From NCBI RefSeq assembly GCF_006345805.1, contig NC_043003.1, positions 93,186,001 to 93,250,000 on the forward strand: 64,000 nt of DNA, read 5' to 3'. Position numbers and translations under genes: made by a program. The DNA comes from Octopus sinensis (Eukaryota). The notes below the pieces were generated by a model, which searched no databases, had not been told where the DNA came from, and saw only the letters and a program-made list of their open reading frames with translations. Of the stretch, positions 55,225-64,000 are shown piece after piece; the first letter of the stretch is position 1, and each line of letters opens with the position of its first letter.

Positions 55225-55394
55225 TACACAGAGAGAGAAAAAACACAGAAGAAGGAGAGAAAAAAAATGCGTGCAGTAGCTAACGAATCAACATGGCGAT
55301 CTGATTTCGGCAGAGGTCAAAAGATCAAACATGAGACCGAGAGCGAAATAAGGGGAGATAATAGGGTTGATAAAAGGTTGAGGGACCAGCTAAT

Positions 55395-55720
55395 AGTGCG
55401 TAGAAGGGGTCTGGATGTGTGTATGTGATAGGGTGGTTGGTGTGTATTAGTATGTATAAGGGTGTGTGTGTGTGTGTGTGTGTGTATGAGAGAGTATTAG
55501 TGCGTAGGATGGTCTGGACGTGCGTATGTATGGGGTGGTGTATGTATTAGTATGTATTAGTATGTATTAGTACGTATTGGTATGTATAAGTGTGTGTTGT
55601 GTGTGTATGAGAGAGTAAGTGCGTATGCGGGGTCTGGACGTGGGTATGTGTAGGGTTGGTGTATGTAAGTATGTACTAGTATGTATTAGTACGTATTAGT
55701 ATGTATTAGTTGGTGTGTGT
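55395..55720. repeat. ~100-125-bp tandem repeat (3 units) in the PLE 3' region
   Basis: agtgcgta..ggtctgga.gtg.gtatgt recurs at ~55395, 55498 and 55618. Confidence 0.7.
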
Positions 55721-57863
55721 ATTAGTATGGCACATCATATGTAATGTGATGTGTAAAGTCATGTGGTGTAGTGAGGAGAAGAGGGGGAGGGGAGAAGAGG
55801 GGGGAGAAGAGGGGGGAGAGAAGGGGAGGGGAGAGAGGGGAGGAGGAGGGGGAGGAGGGGATGAAGGAGGAAAGAGGGAGGGGGGGAGAGAGGGAGTGAG
55901 GGGGCAGAGGGAAGGGAAGAGGGAGGGGGAAAGAAAGAGGGAAGTAAGGGAAGGGGAGTAGTAGGGGTGAAAGGATGAAGGACTTGAAGAAGTCAGTAGG
56001 GTGGGGGAAAGGATAGGTGAGGAGGGGGGAGAGGGGGGTTAGATGAGGAGGGGGGGAGAGTTGAGACCAAATGGCGTATAAGAGCGAAGAGAGAAGATTA
56101 ATTCCTGTTCACGGCGCAAACGGAATCCGGATGGCCTCTGTGTAAGGACAAACCGAACACAGATAGGTGTTGCAAGGAGTGACCGGTGGAGCGGAAATGG
56201 CGTGAGACCGGTGGTCGTTCGCAAGGTGGATGTCACGAAGTGTTCCGCGACCGGTCAGCCAAGCGGCGTCCCGTTTGTCCGATGTACAAGGAATTGCAGA
56301 GAGAGCAAGAGATGCAATAGATAATATTGCTGGAGGTGCAGGTGAAGGAGTGGATGATGGGATAGGGTCGATGGTGGGTGCTAGTGAGGCGGGTGGTGTT
56401 GGAGAGGTAAGGGCAAGTGCGGCAACGTGGGCGGGAGCAGGGGAACGAGCCGGTTGGGAGGTAGGGTCAGGGAAGGAGCTATGGACCAAAAGGTCTCGAA
56501 GGTTGTGGGCTCGTTTGAAAGAGGGGAGGGGTCGGTTAGGGAGAGGTGTGAAGTGGACGGGTCGGACTGAGAGATGACGGAAAGCTCGAAGAATGGTGCG
56601 TTGGAGACGTAGGGTCGTGGGGTGGTAAGTGAGGGGAAAAGGGAGGGGAGACTACAGGGCGGGTTCGGGGAGAGAGAGCAGATACACGGTCCACGGACCG
56701 TGCTATGGCAAGGCGGTGTGGATAGTGGTGAGGGGGTCCACGTAGGGTGAAGTGGTGAGCCATACGTTGAGACTGAGTCTCAAAGTCATGGTCGTCACTA
56801 CAGAGCCTACGTAGACGGAGGAATTGGGAATAGGGGATGGAAAGCTTGGTGTGTTCTGGGTGGGAGGAAGAGAAGTTGAGGTATGAGTGTGAGTCTGTGT
56901 GTTTGTAGTGAATGGAGGTGGTAAGAGTGGAGTGAAGAATGCTACCGAAATGTCGAGGAAGGAGACAGAGGTGTTGGAGATAGTGGAAGTGAAGTGGAGG
57001 GCTGGATGGAAAGATTGGACCGAAAGAGAGAAGGAATCTAGATGTTCGCGGGAGAGTGAGGTGGTGGCACCGATAATGTCGTCAATGTAACGACCAATAA
57101 GTTCAGGAGTAGGACCAGTGAAATTAGAGAATATTTGGGCCTCAACATAGCCAACGAACAGGTTCGCATAGTTGGGGCCCATTCGCGTTCCATGGCCACT
57201 CCCGAGATCTGATGGTAGAACTCGCCCGCGAACGAGAAGCAGTTCAGAGTAAGGACAAGTTCGGCCAGACGAATGAGTGTGGAGGTGTCAGGTACAGGGT
57301 TAGAGCGGAGGTCAAGAAAGTGTCGAAGGGCCTGCAGTCCTTCGTGGTGGGATAACAGTATAGAGGCTTTGGATGTCCATAGTAAAAAGGATTTTGGAGG
57401 AGCCGGGAGGAAGGAAAGGAGAAAGAGTGAAAAAGCAGGAGAGCAGTTGGTGGTATCGTGGATGTGGGAGGGAAGGAAAGAGATGCCACTAGGGGGCAAG
57501 GACACGGTCGAGGTATTTAGAGGATACCGTCTGTTGGTAGCTACGTGTGGGGTTAGAGGGCAGAGGGAATAGAAGGAGGTGTCATTGAGTTGGCGGAAAG
57601 CCTCGGCCATATGAGGTCCGCGCGCCACACCACTACAGCTCCACCCTTGTCAGCCGGTTTGATGATAATGTCAGCGCGCCGTTGGAGGGAACGAAGAGCC
57701 AAGAGCTCAGCCGGGGAGATGTTGAGGCGGCGTTGGCGCCTGGAGAAGTTGAACCGCTCCAATGCACGCTGACAAGCGCCCGCGAAAAGATCCACTGCTA
57801 GGATCTGGCCAGGGGCAGGCGTCCACGGGGATGGTCGGCGGCCCAGGCCAGTGAAGCAGTCCT

Positions 57864-57951
<88 letters not shown>

Positions 57952-58899
57952 CGTTTATGAATTTGTGTTGCAAGATTCCCGATGTGAAACCGCGTTTTGA
58001 AACAGATATTGTTGTATTTTGAGACGGTCATTTTTTTGTTTGCCAAATAAACAAACACACTATATATTCGTTCTTCATTCATTTATTACAGTTCTTATTT
58101 TAACTTATGTCCATTGTCCGGAAATCTTTCGTGACCTCTCCGGTGACACTTTCTGTCCTCGTGTGTGCTCCTTATGTGCGTATGCGCATAGTCCATTCAG
58201 TCCACATACATACATACGTACATACATACATACATACATACATACATACATACATACATACATACATAATATGTACATACATACATATATATATATGTGT
58301 CTTCACTGACGCATATAAAATATTTACTTAATTATGCGTGCGTGTGTGTTTGTTAGGTTTACTTACACACAAATATGTAAAACAGGCGTTTGTATGGTTT
58401 GTATGCGTATGTATGTGTATGCACGATTGTACATATATATGTATGTCAGATCATTCTTAATGCTACTGGTTATATGTAACCTAGTACAACCTGTCGCATG
58501 GACGAGCTGTTGGCGCCTAAACCGGAGACCCTGTTAAATCTTCGCAGGACATAAAACACAGTTGGGAATGACAGACTCTTGGTCTTTGTTTAGATGTTTC
58601 TCTAGAAGGAGATTCCGGAATAACTTCCGTCTCATTGCGAAGCAGATCTCACGCCTGCTTGTTTCTGAACTACTTGGCTTTGCTGGTGAAAGCCCAAGCA
58701 GTGTTGTGCAAGCTGTTATTTGGCTGTAAATTTCAGCACAATCATTGCAGATAGCCATTGTCATTAACATCAAGGATAAGATTTATTGGTGATGGTGATA
58801 TTCGCCAACGAGTATCACCATTACTGTATGAATATACCCATGTAATTATGAAGTAGTATGTGGGTAGGTATGTTAATAGATATAATTCCATTACGGAGG

Positions 58900-58905
<6 letters not shown>

Positions 58906-58972
<67 letters not shown>

Positions 58973-58996
58973 GTAGATAGATAGATAAATAGATAG

Positions 58997-59085
<89 letters not shown>
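58906..59085. repeat. (AGAT)n microsatellite
   Basis: Direct inspection. Confidence 0.95.
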
Positions 59086-59086
<1 letters not shown>

Positions 59087-59139
59087 TGACAGACAGACAG
59101 AAAAACAGACAGAGAGTCAGGGTATGCGTAAATTAAAAG

Positions 59140-59580
59140 GGATCTTTTCGGTTTGAACGGCAGTTTTTAACATAATTTCTAGGTAACTAAAAAATGTTAA
59201 ACGTCGTATACTGGTAGAATGTGTTTATAAAACATCTTTTTCTCTTGGCTTTATTGAGAAAATTCTATAGTTTGTGAGATATTTCTGCAATTTCAACCAA
59301 TCAAATACGTCTATTGAGGTAAAAGAAACATTCTGCGCCGAATGAATATGTCCCTCGTTTAAGAAACAGATTGGGTTTATTTACATTTGTGAAGAAAAAA
59401 AGATACCCTTCCCCCCCACCCCTAACCATAACTCTAGCCCTAACTAACCCGAACTAACCTTAACTAACCCAAACCCTAAAACAGATTGAAATGCAATAGA
59501 TCGATATTAGGGTCATAGTTATGGCTGACAATTTCATATGACACTGCTAGAAAAAACTGCCGTTCAAACCGAAAAGATCC
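59140..59580. mobile_element. MITE with 29-bp TIRs, 8-bp TSD and internal telomere-like repeats, copy 1 (Merlin-like)
   Basis: GGATCTTTTCGGTTTGAACGGCAGTTTTT ... AAAAACTGCCGTTCAAACCGAAAAGATCC. TSD attaaaag (59132-39) / attagaag (59581-88). Confidence 0.85.
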
Positions 59581-59800
59581 ATTAGAAGTGCTTACTGAAG
59601 ATAGATTTATCTCCTCATTTACAATAAAACCGTTCAATATTTTTTCCTTTATAAGTCTAAACACACGTGTGTCAGCAACCACTTCCAGACTGTGCACTTA
59701 ATTTGACTTGATATTTCCATTCAGTATTACAGCTGGTTCATTCGCAACGCTTCCAATTTTTTTTGCCTGTTCCTTGTTTTATATATTTGAGAGGGACAGA

Positions 59801-59849
<49 letters not shown>

Positions 59850-59925
59850 GGAGGGAGGGTGAGCGCACAAATGTGTGCACACGTGTGCGATGCGTGTGTT
59901 GTCTTCCTCTACACGTGTTAGTCGG

Positions 59926-60068
<143 letters not shown>

Positions 60069-60467
60069 GTATCTGTGTGTATCTATATCTATGCATTATC
60101 CCTTTAAATATTGTATATATGGATACATATATATGTATGTATATACATCTACATATGTATGTGTACATGTGTGTATGTATATATGTGAATGAAAATATTC
60201 TGATTTTGGAGGTGGAACGCTTGTAAATATAAACGATAGAGCTTCCACAACCAATATTTCTCCTCATGCGAAACGCAGCCTTATTACATTTAAATATGTG
60301 TCCACGTCCACACATGATTGTAAAATTGACCCACCACTATCCCTCTTTTCCTCACTAGTGACTTCATCTTCATCCCAGCCCAACCCAATTCTAGAGGTAT
60401 TTCATTAACTCATATACCATACAGCACTTTCTGATCTGATTCAAAAGGCATAACTCTAACAAGTAAC

Positions 60468-60893
60468 GGATCTTTTCGGTTTTGAACGGCAGTTTTTAAA
60501 AATAATTTCCACGTAACTAAACACTTTAAACTTCGTATACTGGTAGAATGTGTTTATAAAACATATTTTTCTCTTGGCTTTATTGAGAAAATTCTATAGT
60601 TTGTAAGATATTTTTTTTCTTCAATTTCTGCAATTTCAACCAATCAGTGACGTCTATTGAGTTAAAAAGCATTCTGTGCCGTATGAATATGTCCCTCGTT
60701 TAAGAAACAGATTGGGTTTATTTACATTTGTAAAGAAAAAAAGATACCCTTCCCCCACCCCTAACCCTAACCCTAACTAACCCTCACCCTAAAAAAGATT
60801 GAAATGCAATAGATCGATACTAGGGTCATAATTATGGGTGACAATTTCATATGACACCGCTAGAAAAAACTGCCGTTCAAACCGAAAAGATCA
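60468..60893. mobile_element. Same MITE family, copy 2
   Basis: Same TIRs and body. TSD caagtaac (60460-67) / caagcaac (60894-901). Internal ccctaaccctaaccctaactaaccctcaccctaa. Confidence 0.85.
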
Positions 60894-62069
60894 CAAGCAA
60901 CATCTTCCACTCTGTTTTTTCTCCAAGGAATTTTCGATCCGTTTTTTTACGACACTCGAAAACCGGACATAGCACTTTCTGAACTCCAATGTGCAATCCA
61001 TACTTTTCTCACTATCCATGTAGATGAGTGCCAATACTGGTTTTCCAAGACTTTCAAGTACAAAACTGATTGATAAAATCGGCTGAAATAAAACTATAAC
61101 ATTGTACTGCATAAATAATTAATATAGCCACTCTGTAGATAAATTTATCAGTAACGATTTTTTGCTGGTTATATATATATATACTAATAAAAAGGGTTTG
61201 CTAGTATATATATATATATATATATATAATAACAAAGGGTAAAATTAATTAATTAATCAATAATTTCACCAAGGTATGAAAACAAGACCGTTTCACGGTA
61301 AACTTAAGTAATACTAATAAAAAGGGTTCAGCAAAGAATTGCTTCACCACACACCGAAGTATACTAGCATACCCGTGTCGTAAAAAATGCCGACAATTTT
61401 ATTAATGATACAAAATGGTGCATCAACACAATGGGAGAGACTATTAATAAATGTCAGCAATCTAGTAAATATATGTACGTACACAGAATTGATGCACTTG
61501 AACAATCAGATACGGTTGTAACTTCAGGCGATATATATATCAAATACGGTTGTTCAGGCGATATATAAATATTGTCTCTGTAAACTCAAATGCTCGGCTT
61601 CAAGTACATCTGTTGTGTCTGTCGTGGCCTGCGAGTAAGTAGTAGCCACTGAGTGTTTCAAGAAATATTTTGCAGCTGAAAGTCTATTGATAAACTGCTT
61701 TGAATGTGTGTATGGAATGGGAGTGAAGGCACTTGATTTCTTTATACAGTTGGTATATTCTTCATGGTTGGTTATACTTGTAATTGCCCTTGGCTGACCT
61801 TCAAGAATTCATTGGTCAATCTGTTGGTTAGCTTACAAGTACACGTACATCATTTTGTATATATCTACATATATACACATACATGCTCACACATATTTAC
61901 ATTTACACACACACACATGTACAGATGTGCACGCGCATATGTATATGCTTACACACTCATGAATATATTACATATATCAAGACGTATGCATGCACATACA
62001 TATATACATGTATACACCGATGTATATAAGTACATACATATATGTATTATATATATATTATATATATAT

Positions 62070-62128
<59 letters not shown>

Positions 62129-62342
62129 ATAGTTAATCCAAGCACGAAAGCACAAAGAAAAAACACAACTACGTGAGGACGTAGAACAAGTATAGTGTTA
62201 TTGGACGCTCAGGAAAGGAAATATATATACATATATATATACGTACATACATACACGCATATATATATATATATACGTACATACACACACACTCATACAA
62301 ATACTCGCACCCATACTCGCATATATTTATATACAACAGATC

Positions 62343-62427
<85 letters not shown>

Positions 62428-64000
62428 AGGGTTTGGATGGTCTACCCTACGAGCTTTACAATTGTATGCCAGACTTGTTTGGAGATGTCTTGGCGGCGGT
62501 GTACTGCAACTGGCAGCAAAACGGGAGCATTCCTGGTTTTGTGAGCCGAGGAGCCGTAACACTGCTGAGGAAAGATCTAAACAAGGGAAATGTAATAGAT
62601 AACTTTAGGCCCATCACTCTGCTTAATGCAGACTTGAAAATTTTGGCCAAGGTGCTAGCCAAGAGGTTGGCGCTTGTCATCGAGAAACTGGTCGACAAGG
62701 CGCAAACATGCGCCGTGCCGGGCCGGACCATCCATGACAACTTCTACCTGATGCGCTACATCATAGACAGGGTAGTTAACGAACATGGCATGGGTGGGGC
62801 GCTGATCAATTTGGATCAATCGAAAGCTTTCGATAGGGTGGACCATCGATACTTGGAGGCAGTCCTCAGAGCGGCTGGCTTCGGTCCCGTCTTCCGCGGC
62901 TGGATAGCCGCTTTGTACAGAGGCATCCGTTCGGTAATTCGCGTAAATTGACATCTATCAAGACCTTTCGACATCGCACGTTCGGTCCGTCAGGGATGCC
63001 CCCTCTCGTCGCTTCTATACGTATTGACTCTCGAGCCATTATTGCGGAAGCTGGCAACTTTGAGGGGCATCCCGTGAAAGATGGGATGCAGGACGAGCGT
63101 GTCTGCATACACGGACGACGTCACCGTCATAGTGTCTAGCCACGAGCACATCGAGCAGGTCGGCGAGACACTGAAAAACTACGAAACGGTGACAGGAGCG
63201 AAAATCAACCGGGAAAAGTCAGTGGGCTTGCGACTAGGCACCTGGAGAAGCAAGCCCATGCCGTCCACCAGCGCCTCCATCGTGGGACGCTGGACCGACG
63301 GCCCGGTCGAGTTGCTCGGGGTCTGGTTTGGTCCGGACCTCCAAGTGGAGAAGAACTGAAACGAGATAACGTGTAGGGTGGTCACTCTCGCCCGGCAATG
63401 GGCCGAGAGGAAACTGTCCCTAAAAGGTCGGGCGGAGGTGGTGAACACGTACATCGCGTCCGTCATCTACTACCGCCTGACTGTCGTGCCTTGTCCCGAC
63501 TCTACTATCACCAAACTAGAACGCATTCTCTTTCGCTTCTTGTGGAAAGGATGCGTCCCGATGGTCAGGCGATCCATTTGCTGTCAACACCCGTTAAAAG
63601 GGGGACTGGGCATGCCGTGGTTGATGATGCGCAGACACGCGCTGAGACTGCGACATCTCAGGCTCTTCGTAGACGACGGTGAACAGGTGTCGTCGCCGTT
63701 TGTGAGGCACGCTTTCCCGCAGCTCGTTTCCATGACCGAACTGCAGTCGTGAATCAAAAAGAGGCCGAGGAAGGGCGAATGGCACCGCGAGTGTCGCGTT
63801 GCTCTCAAGCAACTCTGTCGTCCTGGGTCGACCTTGAGTGACTTCATCACAACCAAAGCATTCTATAGGGGATTAGTGGAGGGGAGGTACGACGACGAGC
63901 TCGGGGCGAACCTGGACGTCGATGAGGAGTACCTGACCTGCCTGTTCGGGACGACTTTCAGGCCAGGGCCCATGGACAACTTCCAGAGATCCCTGGCCTG
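62428..64000 (+). mobile_element. Tx1/L1-clade LINE RT region, 5'-truncated, with stops; runs off the window
   Basis: GLDGLPYELY; NFRPITLLNADLKILAKVLAKRL; NLDQSKAFDRVDHRYL; SVRQGCPLS; SAYTDDVT; GAKINREKS; LSLKGRAEVVN; HPLKGGLGMP. Confidence 0.9.

Larger units (their letters stand above)
54555..57866 (-). mobile_element. Penelope-like element (PLE): frameshifted RT + zinc knuckle + GIY-YIG endonuclease, 3' UTR and terminal-repeat region; 5'-truncated at (TA)n
   Basis: IIIKPADKGGAVVVW; GVAMG../MGPNYANLFVGYVE; RYIDDI; SVSFLDISV. Minus-strand translation near 56255-56460: FPCSRPRCRTCPY...TSSNIIYCISCSLCNSLYIGQTGRRLADR. C-terminus RREQELIFSLRSYTPFGLN. Confidence 0.9.

Noticed and set aside
56230-56577. 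Gly/Ala-rich plus-strand ORF (and ORFs 56899-57090, 57273-57772)
   Set aside because: These are antisense shadows of the GC-rich Penelope ORF.
62456-63856. Minus-strand ORFs over the Tx1 element
   Set aside because: Antisense shadows of the LINE RT.

Overview
This is a repeat-saturated, AT-rich eukaryotic window with no intact protein-coding gene that I can support. The microsatellite load ((ATGT)n, (TA)n, (CA)n, (AGAT)n, (ACCA)n) and the tRNA-derived SINE families suggest a coleoid cephalopod, probably Octopus; this is inference. Almost all ORF-track entries are microsatellite read-throughs. Recognisable content is transposon-derived. Retroelements: a frameshifted Penelope-like element (RT, zinc knuckle, GIY-YIG; ~54.6-57.9 kb, minus), a 5'-truncated Tx1/L1-clade LINE abutting (ATCT)n (62.4-64 kb), RTE and CR1/L2-like remnants, and four SINE families. 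DNA elements: a near full-length DD40D/DD41D-type Tc1/mariner nested in the 5' UTR of an older mariner, two further mariner relics, hAT and pogo relics, a Helitron PIF1 fragment, non-autonomous Helitrons and several MITEs. The most interesting signal is a set of sequence-divergent minimal type I hammerhead-ribozyme motifs (38740, 15649, 36669, 55187) in short Penelope-terminal-repeat-like modules that mostly sit against (TA)n arrays. Together with the autonomous-type Penelope copy, this suggests a PLE/retrozyme-like system. A second notable item is a two-copy MITE with GG-starting 29-bp TIRs and 8-bp TSDs (Merlin-like) carrying telomere-like CCCTAA repeats. All calls were made by eye; most boundaries are approximate.
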